The notes beneath the pieces are model-generated. The model ran no database searches. It was not told the origin of the DNA and saw only the letters and a program-made list of their open reading frames with translations. Shown piece by piece: positions 19,094-28,996 of a stretch of DNA of 64,000 bases. Origin of the DNA: Candidatus Sulfotelmatobacter sp. (lineage in GTDB: Bacteria; Acidobacteriota; Terriglobia; Acidiferrales; UBA7541); assembly GCA_035487095.1 (NCBI GenBank), contig DATHMM010000063.1:42769-106768 (forward strand), read 5' to 3'. Position numbers and translations under genes: made by a program. How positions within the stretch are numbered: position 1 is the stretch's first letter; each line of letters opens with the position of its first letter.

Positions 19094-21991
19094 CTAATCA
19101 ACTCGGCCTAGATATTTGTCCAGCCACGCGAGGACATTTTGAATAAGTTCGGCGCGGCGCTCGGTGACATCGTGCGGAGTGTCAAATTCCACGTGGCGTT
19201 TGTCGGCTGGTGGAGTGCCGAGCATTCTGAATAAAGGATCCTGAGCCGTGTCTACGGAGAAGACGTAATCAAAACGGCCATTCACCATCATCACCGGCTT
19301 CTTGAGGCGCGGGGCGAAATCGGCCTGATCGCCACCGGTGGGCGGCTTGTAAAGGAAGTAGCCGCCGTCGAGGAAAACTACCGCTTTTAGCCGATCTTGA
19401 GCAAGCGCTGCAAAAATTACTCCTTCGGCCGAGCCCATGCTGACGCCCAAATAAGCGAGTTTGTTCCGGTCGATGTCGCTCCGGGTTTCCAGATAATCGA
19501 TCGAACGGGCGAGATCTTTATAACGCTCGGTCATATATTTCAAATCCTGGGAAGTTCCTGGGAGCACGCCCTTCACGCGCCGTTCGTAAGTACCCTGGTA
19601 GATCGGGTACAGCACGGCCCGGCCGCTCTGGACGATATAGTCGAAAAACTTTATGTCTCCCAGTGTCTGACTGTCCGCCAAGTCCAGAACTCTAGCGCTG
19701 GGAAAGAAAACCACAGTTTGAAGAGGCGGCGAGACTTTTTTCGGCAGGAAAAGATACGCCGCCATTCGTTCGTTGTTGTAGGCGGTATCGAAGGTAATTT
19801 TTTCCTCCCGCCAGTCCGCGGTATCTTGCACCACGCCTTCCACCTTGGCGTTCAAGGGCGTCTTGTCGTACGCGTAGAGTGTTTCGTAGGCGCGAAAAAC
19901 GTCGTCGGTCGCGGTCTTAACCTTGGAGAAGTCGCGCTCGTAGGTCTTGATGGGAGTCGTCAAATTCCCAGGTACTGGCGTTATGTTCCGGACGCACCGG
20001 ACACCATTTGTGGGCGAGCGATCCCAGGCGGAGAGCGCCTCCGGGTTGTAGTAAAGATAAGTCGGAGACTTCCAGGTTCCCCCGAGTATGAAATAAGTGC
20101 CTGCAGTGGTGGCGTTTTGGACCCACTCGCGCACGTTCCCGGCCATGTCGTAAGTGCCGAACGGTCCCAAGCCTTTAAACGTGCCAACCGGAGCCAGGCC
20201 GGATTCGGAGATGTTGCTTTCTTTGACGATGTAGCCGGCCACATCGGGCGGAGCTGCAACATACCACTGAACAAACGTGGGCAAGCTCTTGCCCGCGAAC
20301 GTCGCGTAGGCAGCGGCCTCGTACCAGCTAACTCCAGACACTGGATAGTCCCCTTGTCCTTCCGGATAATGACCGCCGGCCCAGGTTGAAGGACCGGTGC
20401 GTCCGGTAGTGTCTCGGAACTGGGACTTGGCGTCTTGCCACGTCAGCTCGCGACCGTCGCGCAAAAACTGTTTTGGCCAGTACTCCGGTTTTTCGTATCC
20501 ACCCTTGTCGATGAATTCCTGGTACTGGCGATTGGTTACCTCCAAGCGATCGATGTAGTAAGGCGGCACGTTGTAGGGGCCGACCCAGCCAACGAACGCG
20601 ATCATATCTGCCCACGAGCCTCCACCGACCCAAGTCATTCCTTGGGGAGCCGCCACTGTGGCGTCCAGAGCGAACTGCATAATCTTCTCGGTCGTTGGAG
20701 CAGCGACAGATTCGCCAATACCCGCCTTCGAGACTTTCCAGCGGAAGTAGCCGGTTGGAATCTGCACGCTGGTGAGTGGCGTTGCGCCCAAGCGATACCA
20801 GGCACCATCCGGAGATAGATAATCCTGGATCTCAACCGTCGCGTTCGCGGGAGAGGACGTGACTGAGACGTGCATGGTGTTTTGTTCGGCAAGCCGGGCG
20901 AGCTGCGGGTCGTCGGGCAAGTATTGCTCTGCTTTCTTCAGCAACAGAAATGCCGCAAGGGATTTGTCTTCTGATTTCAGTTTGGCGATCGCCGGAATGG
21001 CTTCCTCGCGCGCCCAATGACGCCGCTCAGAGCGCTGATAGAGCCACATCGCCGAACCCGCGAGAAGCAGCAGCAACACGATGGCGGTGAGGAGAATTCT
21101 CGGCGAAAACCTTGAAGCACGGTCCGCGGGCGGGAGTGAGGGAGCGCTCAGTTGCAGCAAAACGTCGGAAAGATCGCGAGAGATTTCGGAGGCACTCTGG
21201 TAGCGCTTGGACAGATCCTTTTCGAGTGCGTGCGAGACGATCTGATCCGCGCCCTCGGGAGTCTCTGGGCGAATATCCCGTACCGACTTGAGATCCTCTG
21301 TGGTGACCGCACGGAGAATCGCGAGCGCACTCGCTCCCTGAAACGGAGGCTTACCGGCGAGCGCTTCGTAAAGCACCACGCCAAAACTCCAGAGATCGGT
21401 GCGACTGTCGACAAGTTTGCCCTCGGCCTGCTCGGGAGACATGTAGAGCGCAGTGCCAACCGGGCCACGGGTGTCGGCTAAGGACAGAGTAACTTCGGGA
21501 GTGCCAACCGGTTCCAGCAGCTTCGCTAATCCGAAATCCAGAACCTTGGCGTGGCCCTTGGGCGTGACCATGATGTTAGATGGCTTCAGGTCACGGTGCA
21601 CGACTCCTTGCTCATGCGCTTCTTCAAGTGCTCCCGCTACCTGAACGCCAAGGGACAAGATTTCTTTGGCAGGAAGCTGTTGCGAGCGCATTTTTTTCGA
21701 GAGGGTCTCGCCGGGCACGCACTCCATCACGAGGTAGTCCATGCCGTCCTGCTCGCCCACATCGAAAACGGCGGCGATGTTTGGATGGCTGAGCCTTGCT
21801 AATGCGAGGGCTTCTTTGCGGAAACGGCATTTCGCGGGTTCGTCGGAAAGGAGGCCGGGCGGGAGAACCTTGATGGCGACATCGCGTTGCAATCGCTCGT
21901 CACGCGCGCGGTAGACTACACCCATTCCCCCCTGACCAAGAAGGGCAACGATGGTATACGGGCCTAACTGCGTACCTTGCGGTAAAGGCAT
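19094..21991 (-). CDS. Ser/Thr protein kinase - TM - FGE-sulfatase (SUMF1-like) - alpha/beta hydrolase fusion
   Basis: LGQGGMGVVY, VAIK, HRDLKPSN, DFGLAK, YMSPEQ; one TM; EVTN.QY, PVSGVSWYEA, DMAGNVREW; C-terminal GVSMG with Asp/His candidates (GRFD, TPH). Confidence 0.9.
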   Translation of the reverse strand: MPLPQGTQLGPYTIVALLGQGGMGVVYRARDERLQRDVAIKVLPPGLLSDEPAKCRFRKEALALARLSHPNIAAVFDVGEQDGMDYLVMECVPGETLSKKMRSQQLPAKEILSLGVQVAGALEEAHEQGVVHRDLKPSNIMVTPKGHAKVLDFGLAKLLEPVGTPEVTLSLADTRGPVGTALYMSPEQAEGKLVDSRTDLWSFGVVLYEALAGKPPFQGASALAILRAVTTEDLKSVRDIRPETPEGADQIVSHALEKDLSKRYQSASEISRDLSDVLLQLSAPSLPPADRASRFSPRILLTAIVLLLLLAGSAMWLYQRSERRHWAREEAIPAIAKLKSEDKSLAAFLLLKKAEQYLPDDPQLARLAEQNTMHVSVTSSPANATVEIQDYLSPDGAWYRLGATPLTSVQIPTGYFRWKVSKAGIGESVAAPTTEKIMQFALDATVAAPQGMTWVGGGSWADMIAFVGWVGPYNVPPYYIDRLEVTNRQYQEFIDKGGYEKPEYWPKQFLRDGRELTWQDAKSQFRDTTGRTGPSTWAGGHYPEGQGDYPVSGVSWYEAAAYATFAGKSLPTFVQWYVAAPPDVAGYIVKESNISESGLAPVGTFKGLGPFGTYDMAGNVREWVQNATTAGTYFILGGTWKSPTYLYYNPEALSAWDRSPTNGVRCVRNITPVPGNLTTPIKTYERDFSKVKTATDDVFRAYETLYAYDKTPLNAKVEGVVQDTADWREEKITFDTAYNNERMAAYLFLPKKVSPPLQTVVFFPSARVLDLADSQTLGDIKFFDYIVQSGRAVLYPIYQGTYERRVKGVLPGTSQDLKYMTERYKDLARSIDYLETRSDIDRNKLAYLGVSMGSAEGVIFAALAQDRLKAVVFLDGGYFLYKPPTGGDQADFAPRLKKPVMMVNGRFDYVFSVDTAQDPLFRMLGTPPADKRHVEFDTPHDVTERRAELIQNVLAWLDKYLGRVD

Positions 21992-22123
21992 AAACGCCGA
22001 GAGTATAACCCGAAACTGTTTTGGGTGAGTGGTCGGCGATAGCTTGGTCCACCTCCACGTTCGCTGATTCTTGAGGTCGAATTGTTTCGGATTGCTGAGC
22101 GGAAGTTTCTTTTTAAGCGGGTA

Positions 22124-23458
22124 TCAATGGTTTTTTGCGACGGTTCCACCCTTCATCACGAACTTCGCATGTTCCAGTGCCCTTACATCCTTCAAAGGGT
22201 TTCCCGTCACGGCAATGATATCCGCCAATTTTCCGGCCTCGAGCGTTCCGATTTCCTTCTGCATTCCCAATAGCTCTGCGGCATTACTGGTCGCGGCCCG
22301 AATAATTTCCATCGGCGCCATCCCCGCTTCCGCATAGGCCTCGTACATCAATAAGCTCGCCTGCCCGCGCGTCATCCCGGGCATTGTCAGATACATGTCT
22401 GAACCCGAGGCAATTGGCACGCCCAATTTGTTAGCTCGTTTTAACCGGTCTTGCTCCCCGTCCACAAATGGCTTGAACGTTTTCACGAAATCGCTTTTCT
22501 CTTGCGCGCTGGGCACTCGCGTTCCGAACGACATTTCTTCGAAAGTTTGCAGAGTGCCATCGGTGGGAACAAGATAAATATGCTTTTCGGCCATCATTTT
22601 CAGGACATCATCCGGCACAGTATATGCGTGCTCGATTGAATCAACGCCCGCTTCCGCTGCAATTCTCGTCGCCTTGTTGCCGATGGCGTGCGCAGCAACC
22701 TTCACTCCTGAAAGATGTGCTTCTTCCACGATGGCTTTCATTTCTTCCAACGTCACGCTCGCGGGATACCCGTTCACAATTACCTTGATGCAGAGCGCCC
22801 CGTCATACAGCGCTTGACGAACGGCTTGCCTCGCGCTCTCCGCTCCGCGAATTGTGACGTATTCTTCTTCAATCAGCTTCTGGGCTTCCGGGGTCATTCT
22901 GCCAAATTGCCCGCCTTGTGGGGCAAGCGCCCGCGTCGAGGGCACGATCCGAGGCCCCGGGAGCCATTTACTCTCGACGGCATGGCGTAACGCCACATCT
23001 CCGTTCACGCCGGAATTTCCCAAGTCGCGCACTGTCGTGATGCCCGCTTCCAGATCCTCTCGTCCCAACTTCGCTCCCATCAAGGCCCGCTGCGCGGTAC
23101 TCTGCGTTGCCACCACACGAAGCATCTCCGTATCTTGCGCAGCGAGATTGGTCCCATCCATTTCCACTAACAGGTGCGTGTGCACATCAATGAGCCCCGG
23201 CAACAATGTTGCATCACCCAAATCGATCACCGTTGCGTCTGAAGGAATGGCGATTCCTGACCCCACTGCGGTAATCCTGTCTCCCTCCACCAGCACCACG
23301 GCATTGCTCATTACAGCTTCGCTCTTTCCATCAATCAGCCGCGCCGCCCGGATCGCCACTCGCTGAGGTTTCGAACCATTCTCCTGCGCGTCTAAGCAGG
23401 TCGCGGCCGCTAGCAGACTGACGCTCACCAGCAAAACTGTTAGATAACGTTTCAGCAT
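22124..23458 (-). CDS. Amidohydrolase family protein (Xaa-Pro dipeptidase-like), secreted
   Basis: PGLIDVHTH, GITTVRDLG, IK, VAAHA.G, SIEH, GSD, G.LE.GKLADIIA. Confidence 0.9.
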   Translation of the reverse strand: MLKRYLTVLLVSVSLLAAATCLDAQENGSKPQRVAIRAARLIDGKSEAVMSNAVVLVEGDRITAVGSGIAIPSDATVIDLGDATLLPGLIDVHTHLLVEMDGTNLAAQDTEMLRVVATQSTAQRALMGAKLGREDLEAGITTVRDLGNSGVNGDVALRHAVESKWLPGPRIVPSTRALAPQGGQFGRMTPEAQKLIEEEYVTIRGAESARQAVRQALYDGALCIKVIVNGYPASVTLEEMKAIVEEAHLSGVKVAAHAIGNKATRIAAEAGVDSIEHAYTVPDDVLKMMAEKHIYLVPTDGTLQTFEEMSFGTRVPSAQEKSDFVKTFKPFVDGEQDRLKRANKLGVPIASGSDMYLTMPGMTRGQASLLMYEAYAEAGMAPMEIIRAATSNAAELLGMQKEIGTLEAGKLADIIAVTGNPLKDVRALEHAKFVMKGGTVAKNH

Positions 23459-23695
23459 TTCTCACCTCATCGAATTTCCCCGGGCTAACATTCTGGTTCC
23501 TTCACGATGTTCCGTGACTGCGCACTCCTATAGGCCAATCTGTATCTATCACAATCGGTGGTCCAAGGTCCCCATCAACAACAGGGGAGATCCAAGGTAA
23601 GTACTGACGGGAAACACTCCATCAGCTCCGAACGTTAGCGCTGTTATTTGCCGACAACTGGAAAACTTGCCGCCGCCTTGAGAAGCCCCTAACGG

Positions 23696-24964
23696 TCAGG
23701 CCTGATTTTCTTTTGCGCCACTGGTGGTGACGTTGGGAAGAAATGCGGTGAGGATGCCGAGCGCGGGAAGAAACGAGCAGACATGGTAGACAAAGCTGAT
23801 GCTGGTGTGGTCGGCAAGCTTGCCCAGCAGTGCGGCGCCGATACCGCCCAAGCCGAACGCCAGTCCGAAGAAGAGTCCAGAGACGGTGCCGATTTTAGTG
23901 GGGATGAGATCCTGAGCGTAGACGAGGATCGCGGAAAAGGCGGAGGCAAGGATGATGCCGATGATGACGCTCAGAATTTCGGTCCAAAAAAGGCTGGAAT
24001 AGGGCAGAAGCATGGAGAAAGGAAGCACGCCGAGAATGGACCACCAGATGACGAATTTGCGGCCGAAGCGGTCTCCGATCGGCCCGCCGATGATGGTGCC
24101 CGCCGCGACAGCGCCAAGAAAAATGAAAAGGTGGATCTGGGCGCTCTGCACGGAGATATGGAAACGGTCCATGAGATAAAAGGTGTAATACGAGGTCAGA
24201 CTTGCGAGATAAAAGAACTTCGAGAACATCAGGATGATCAGAACACCCATGGTGAGCGCGATTTTGCGCGAAGAAAACGCCGGACGGGGGGCGTGGACCG
24301 ATCCTGTGACGTGCATGCCGATCGGAACGGCTTTAGAGGCGGCTTGACCAAGACGATAGCGGTGCGCCCAATGACCGATTTTGAAAAGCAAGATCATGGC
24401 GATGAGCGCCAGGATCGAAAACCAGGCGATGCTGGATTGGCCGTTGGACAGAACGAACGCGGCTAAGAGAGGGCCCAGCGCGGAACCGGCGTTGCCGCCG
24501 ACCTGAAAGATGGATTGGGCGAAGCCGTGCTGTCCTCCAGAGGCCATGCGAGCGACGCGCGAAGACTCCGGGTGAAAAACGGCGGAGCCCGTACCGATCA
24601 GTCCCGCGGCGATCAGGACGATCGCGTAGGTGGGAGAGACGGAAAGAGTCAGCAAGCCAGTCAGCGTGATGCCCATGCCCGCGGCCAGGAAATACGGTTT
24701 GGGATGACGATCACTGTAGAGTCCGACGAGCGGCTGGAGCAGGGAAGAGGTAAACGTGGCCGTAAAAGCGATCAAGCCAACCTGGCCAAAGTCCAGGCGA
24801 AAAGTGTTTCGGAGCAAAGGATAAAGAGCGGGAAGAAGGGACTGCACGGTGTCGTTGAGGAGATGACAGACACTGACGGCGAGCAGCACTTTGAACGTCG
24901 AACGTTCGGCAGTACCGGTTAACGAGTCGGTGTGCAGCGCGGAGATGTTGGTCTCGGTTGACAT
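23696..24964 (-). CDS. fsr: MFS transporter, fosmidomycin-resistance Fsr family
   Basis: HLLND..QSL.PA.YP.L, LQP.VG...D, G.GSAVFHPE.SR.AR, QS.FQVGGN.GS.LGP. Confidence 0.88.
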   Translation of the reverse strand: MSTETNISALHTDSLTGTAERSTFKVLLAVSVCHLLNDTVQSLLPALYPLLRNTFRLDFGQVGLIAFTATFTSSLLQPLVGLYSDRHPKPYFLAAGMGITLTGLLTLSVSPTYAIVLIAAGLIGTGSAVFHPESSRVARMASGGQHGFAQSIFQVGGNAGSALGPLLAAFVLSNGQSSIAWFSILALIAMILLFKIGHWAHRYRLGQAASKAVPIGMHVTGSVHAPRPAFSSRKIALTMGVLIILMFSKFFYLASLTSYYTFYLMDRFHISVQSAQIHLFIFLGAVAAGTIIGGPIGDRFGRKFVIWWSILGVLPFSMLLPYSSLFWTEILSVIIGIILASAFSAILVYAQDLIPTKIGTVSGLFFGLAFGLGGIGAALLGKLADHTSISFVYHVCSFLPALGILTAFLPNVTTSGAKENQA

Positions 24965-25122
24965 GTTCCTGCCGTACGAAAAGGGCCGCCCTTTAAGCCA
25001 CCACTCTAGGATAGAGGGGAAATGAAAAATCGCGAAATTTGCAATTGGATGGTCAGAGCCCCTGTTTTTGGATCGCAGAACTTGCAGGCGCGCTGGACCG
25101 CCTGGTTCTTCCTGCTTAACTC

Positions 25123-25157
25123 AAAAAAAAGCGGGACGCACTTTCGCGTCCCGCTTT
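25123..25157 (-). terminator. Rho-independent terminator for the FecR-domain gene
   Basis: AAAGCGGGACGC-loop-GCGTCCCGCTTT hairpin; A8 on + gives the U-tail on -. Confidence 0.85.
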
Positions 25158-25179
25158 GCCTCGCAGGAAAGTTCACGGC

Positions 25180-26217
25180 TTAGCGGTGGCCTCCTCCGCC
25201 TCCGCCGCCATGAAACCCTCCTCCACCGAAGTGCCCGCCGCCACCGAAGTGCTCGGCTCCGCCGTGCGCCATCATGCTGTGCGATGCGCTATGCCCGCCG
25301 TTAAAAAGACCGCTGTGCGCATAACCTCCGGCGCCATGGTAGAAGCCGTGCTCCATGTGCGCGGCGTAATGCTCGCCTTCCGCTCCGCCCCAGTGATGCC
25401 AGTCGGGTCCGAAGTGATGGTCGAAGTGCCCATAGAAGCCAAACGGAGCCCAGCCCACGAAGAAGGGAGAATAGAAACCCCAACCGAACGCGCTGTAGAA
25501 AACCCCATCTCCGGGGATGAAGGTGTAGCAGTCGAAGTAGGGATCCCAATCCCAACCGGCGCCGTACCAGCCGCCCAGCGCATAGTTTTGGGCCCGATCA
25601 ACGTTGGCTTCCGCCGTATAGGAGGAGCGCAGGCTGCTCCAGCGGAAGAGATCGTCCTCAGCCTGATTTTCGTTGAATTTCTCCGCGCTCTGCGATCCGC
25701 CGAGCGTAAGTTCATGCTTGTCCTTCACCGTGATATCCCGATTCCCCTCGGGAACGACCGCCTCGCCTTCGAAAACACGGACGAGGCTCTTATCGGCGTC
25801 GAACTCATACAGGCCCGTCTTCACAATACGCACCGTGCCGGCGCGCTGCATGATGACGAGATTATTCTCCGGGTGAAGCTCCTCGACTTCGACCATGGCT
25901 TGGCCTTTTTCCAGCCGAAGTTCCGTATCGGTGAGGCTGGGCGAAAGCATGGTCAGGGAGCTGTTGTCGCCAAGCCGCAAGAAAGCGCCGGGCGTCAAAA
26001 GAATTTCAGCTTTACCGCTTTGCGTATCCAGCGATTGACCCGGCTGCATTTCGGCCAAGCCAATCGCCTTTGCGTCGAGTGCCTGGCCTGCGATGGAGGC
26101 CTGGCCTTCGACATAATTTATGGTTCCTGGGCGTGCGGGGTTTGCGCCAAACGCAGGCGCAGACAGAGACGCAGCCAGGACGAAGCTTGAAACAGCTATC
26201 AACCTTGACTGCAACAT
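25180..26217 (-). CDS. Secreted FecR-domain protein with aromatic/Gly-rich repeats and Gly-His tail
   Basis: GGAGG RBS; signal peptide; PG.INYVEG, G.AE.LLTPG.FLR.G.NS, L..G.A.VEV; tail WGFYSP...GGGHFGGGG. Confidence 0.8.
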   Translation of the reverse strand: MLQSRLIAVSSFVLAASLSAPAFGANPARPGTINYVEGQASIAGQALDAKAIGLAEMQPGQSLDTQSGKAEILLTPGAFLRLGDNSSLTMLSPSLTDTELRLEKGQAMVEVEELHPENNLVIMQRAGTVRIVKTGLYEFDADKSLVRVFEGEAVVPEGNRDITVKDKHELTLGGSQSAEKFNENQAEDDLFRWSSLRSSYTAEANVDRAQNYALGGWYGAGWDWDPYFDCYTFIPGDGVFYSAFGWGFYSPFFVGWAPFGFYGHFDHHFGPDWHHWGGAEGEHYAAHMEHGFYHGAGGYAHSGLFNGGHSASHSMMAHGGAEHFGGGGHFGGGGFHGGGGGGGHR

Positions 26218-26401
26218 TTTTTTGTCCTCCAAACCTTTAGATGCGGACCTGCAAACGCCAGTTACCGCGCGGCGTTTTCGCGCCACGGAGAATTTTGCCG
26301 CGAGGTGAAATACAGACTGGTTGTCTTGCCGGATTCCGGCCCGCGAAACTAATTGGCAGCTTCCGGGTTAGATTGAGGAGGGGCTGTAAATCTGCGCGCG
26401 G

Positions 26402-27157
26402 TTATTGCCCGGCGATGAGTTGTTTCAGCTGGGTGAGATCGGGCGAAGCGACGTCGGAAACTGCGCAGAAAGAAAGTCCGTCCTTCTCCCATGCGAGCCA
26501 GTGGTAGCCCTGGGATTCGCCGGCGCCATTCCAGTAATTTGCCGGCTGCGACTTTTCCACGAACACATTGATGACGTGCTTTCGGCGCCCGTAGACGAGC
26601 GCGGCGACAGTGTGTCCACCGGCGGCATCGAGGCGTCCACCGAGTAAGGGGAATCCATCGCTTGCGAAGTCGCGCACGGGCGGCGCGAAATCGACGCGGC
26701 CGTCGAACCACGGCTTGACGGTGTGCTGGTCGGTGGATTCGACATCGGTGAGATGCCCGGGCTGCAGCGAGCGCAGATGCGCATCCACAAAAGAGGCGGC
26801 CATCAACTGCGCGGCGCTCGGAGTCGTAGCTAGCCGGACTTGCCGCCAGCCGAGGAAAACGGCAAATAGAAGGACGGCGGCAACAGCGAGCCATCGCAAG
26901 GGAAAAACCCGAGCCGCGGGAAACGAACGGACTGCGGGAACGGAAGCCCTAGGGAGGAGTTTGCTGCGCAGAGCCTCGGGAGCGCGTTCGTAGAGGGCCG
27001 CCTGCTTGATGGATTGGCGCAACGCTTCTTCCGCGGCGAGTGTGGCTTTGCAATCAGGGCACGATTCGAGATGCTTCTCAAAATTGGCGGCGCTGAGGGC
27101 GTCGAGTTCGCCGTCAAAATAGCCGTGCAATTGATTCTGGGTATGTTCACACGGCAC
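26402..27157 (-). CDS. Anti-sigma factor (zf-HC2/ZAS, TM, periplasmic domain)
   Basis: C...L.GY.DGEL......FE.HL..C..C; one TM; S.DQHTVKPWF.G; GGRLD; overlaps the sigma stop. Confidence 0.9.
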   Translation of the reverse strand: MPCEHTQNQLHGYFDGELDALSAANFEKHLESCPDCKATLAAEEALRQSIKQAALYERAPEALRSKLLPRASVPAVRSFPAARVFPLRWLAVAAVLLFAVFLGWRQVRLATTPSAAQLMAASFVDAHLRSLQPGHLTDVESTDQHTVKPWFDGRVDFAPPVRDFASDGFPLLGGRLDAAGGHTVAALVYGRRKHVINVFVEKSQPANYWNGAGESQGYHWLAWEKDGLSFCAVSDVASPDLTQLKQLIAGQ

Positions 27158-27680
27158 GGCGGGCCTCCTTGGATCCTGGTTGAGAAAGGCAGTCGCGCAA
27201 TTGGGCGCGCGCGCGGGCGAGCCCGGACATCACGGTGCCAATGGGGCGCGATGTAATCTCCGCAATTTCCTTGTACGAGCAGCCCTCGAGTTCGCGCAAG
27301 ACGAGGATCTCGCGGAAGGACTCAGGAAGGGATTCGAGGGCGCGGGTGAGTTGTTCGCGGTTGCTGTCGGCCAGCGCCAGAGTTTCGGGATTTTCGCTTT
27401 CCTGCGGCATAGTGGTTTCGTCGAACTCCGTGAATTCCGCCGCCATGCGATTCTGGCGCAGCCAGGTGAAGCACGTATTGCGCACGATCTGCAGCAGCCA
27501 GGCACGCGCATTGCCGGAGCGGAAGGTGCCGAACGCGCGGAATGCACGAAATACCGCATCCTGCGTGACGTCTTCGGCGTCGGTCCGGTTGCGCAGCAAC
27601 CAGCGCGCCAGGTTGAAAGCGGCGTCCAGATGCGGCAAGACGGTCGCCTCGAACCGGGCTCTGTCCTCTCCCTCTAACAC
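27147..27680 (-). CDS. ECF RNA polymerase sigma factor (ECF26-like), paralog 1
   Basis: LPHLDAAFNLARWL, DAEDV.Q, AWLLQIVRN, LRELEG.SYKEIA, GTVMS.L.RAR. AAAGGT RBS before GTG 27680. Confidence 0.92.
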   Translation of the reverse strand: MLEGEDRARFEATVLPHLDAAFNLARWLLRNRTDAEDVTQDAVFRAFRAFGTFRSGNARAWLLQIVRNTCFTWLRQNRMAAEFTEFDETTMPQESENPETLALADSNREQLTRALESLPESFREILVLRELEGCSYKEIAEITSRPIGTVMSGLARARAQLRDCLSQPGSKEARRAV

Positions 27681-27709
27681 GGTCACCTTTCTCTTGCCCT
27701 TGTCCTGGA

Positions 27710-27736
27710 TAACCTGGCCGGGCTCGATTTTATTCC
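27710..27736 (-). promoter_or_regulatory. ECF promoter GGAATAAA / GAAT-N18-GTTA (autoregulatory, sigma 1)
   Basis: Minus strand reads GGAATAAAatcgagcccggccagGTTA, about 30 nt upstream of GTG 27680. Confidence 0.65.
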
Positions 27737-27789
27737 CGCCGGGGCAATAAAAGCCAAAAAAAGAAATTGAGCCGAAAACGGGGCAGGGC

Positions 27790-27816
27790 GGAATAAAAAC
27801 CCGTGCGGCAGGGTCT
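27790..27816 (+). promoter_or_regulatory. ECF promoter GAAT-N18-GTCT (metallophosphoesterase)
   Basis: GGAATAAAaacccgtgcggcaggGTCT. Confidence 0.7.
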
Positions 27817-27948
27817 ACCCCAATGAACACGTTCACACACGGCGCGGGCTTGCCCCCCTTTCTCTGTAAGTCCGCGCCATTTTTCCGCCGATGGGCAAAA
27901 CGTGATGGGGATCAAGCGCAAAGATAGAGATTCAAGAGGAGAGAAGCG

Positions 27949-28917
27949 ATGACGGATAAAAAGAAGGACGAAATCCTATACGACCATAATCACGACGGTA
28001 TCGACCGGCGCGGGTTTTTGAAGTGCATGGCGTGGGCTGGCACGGGAACGCTCTGCGTCATCAAGGGGGGAGTGCTGAACTCCTACGCTTTCAATCGGGT
28101 TGCCGAGTTGGATCCCGCGGACATGAAGGGCGAGCTGAGTTTCGCGCAGATCAGCGACAGCCACATGGGTTTCAACAAGCCGGCGAACACGGACGTGGTG
28201 GGCACGCTGAAGGCGGCAGTGGACAGGATCAACGCGCTGAAAATGCAGCCGGAATTTCTGCTGCACACGGGCGACATCAGCCATCTTTCAAAGCCGGAGG
28301 AGTTCGACACCGTCGACCAAATTCTGAAGAGCGCCAACCCGAAAGATGTTTTCTATGTGCCCGGCGAACACGACGTGCTGAACGACGACGGGAAGCAATT
28401 CCTGGAGCGCTACGGAAAGGGAAGCAAGGGATCGGGCTGGTATAGCTTCGAGAAAAAGGGAGTGCACTTCGTCGGGCTGGTGAACGTGATGAATCTGAAG
28501 GCCGGCGGCCTGGGCACACTTGGCCACGATCAATTGGAGTGGCTGGAAGACGACGTAAAACATTTGTCGAAGAGCACGCCGATCGTGGTGTTTGCGCACA
28601 TTCCGCTGTGGTCCATCTATCCGGAATGGGGTTGGGGCACGGAAGACAGCGCACAAGCGCTGGGGTACCTGAAGAAGTTTGGATCGGTGACGGTGCTGAA
28701 CGGCCACATCCACCAGACAATGCAGAAGGTGGAGGGCAACGTGACTTTCCACACAGCGACGTCCACGGCGTTTCCCCAGCCCGCGCCCGGGAAGGCTGAT
28801 TCCCCGGGGCCAATGAAGGTGCCGGCGGAGGAATTGCGCGCGTTGCTGGGAATTACCGACGTGAACTTTGTGCGCGGGCAGCAAGCGTTGGCCATTGTGG
28901 ATTCCAAACTGAGCTAG
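27949..28917 (+). CDS. Tat-exported calcineurin-like metallophosphoesterase
   Basis: DRRGFLK Tat motif; ISDSH, HTGDISH, PGEHD, AHIP, NGHIH. Confidence 0.92.
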   Translation: MTDKKKDEILYDHNHDGIDRRGFLKCMAWAGTGTLCVIKGGVLNSYAFNRVAELDPADMKGELSFAQISDSHMGFNKPANTDVVGTLKAAVDRINALKMQPEFLLHTGDISHLSKPEEFDTVDQILKSANPKDVFYVPGEHDVLNDDGKQFLERYGKGSKGSGWYSFEKKGVHFVGLVNVMNLKAGGLGTLGHDQLEWLEDDVKHLSKSTPIVVFAHIPLWSIYPEWGWGTEDSAQALGYLKKFGSVTVLNGHIHQTMQKVEGNVTFHTATSTAFPQPAPGKADSPGPMKVPAEELRALLGITDVNFVRGQQALAIVDSKLS

Positions 28918-28939
28918 TTCCACGAATCTCATTCAAAGG

Positions 28940-28971
28940 AAAAAAGGCCGGAGCACCCGCTCCGGCCTTTT
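28940..28971. terminator. Bidirectional Rho-independent terminator
   Basis: AAAAAAGGCCGGAGC-accc-GCTCCGGCCTTTT between convergent genes. Confidence 0.9.
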
Positions 28972-28996
28972 GATTTTCTACAGTTTGCTTGCTGGC

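Noticed and set aside
18767-19111. 114-aa Lys-rich plus-strand ORF and 84-aa minus-strand ORF
   Set aside because: They overlap the inverted-repeat element and the kinase stop; no RBS or motif support.
25156-26190. 344-aa plus-strand ORF
   Set aside because: Antisense shadow of the FecR-domain gene.
26314-26337. GGAAT-N15-GTCT on the minus strand upstream of the FecR-domain gene
   Set aside because: Spacing does not fit the N18 set; it could belong to another ECF or be chance.
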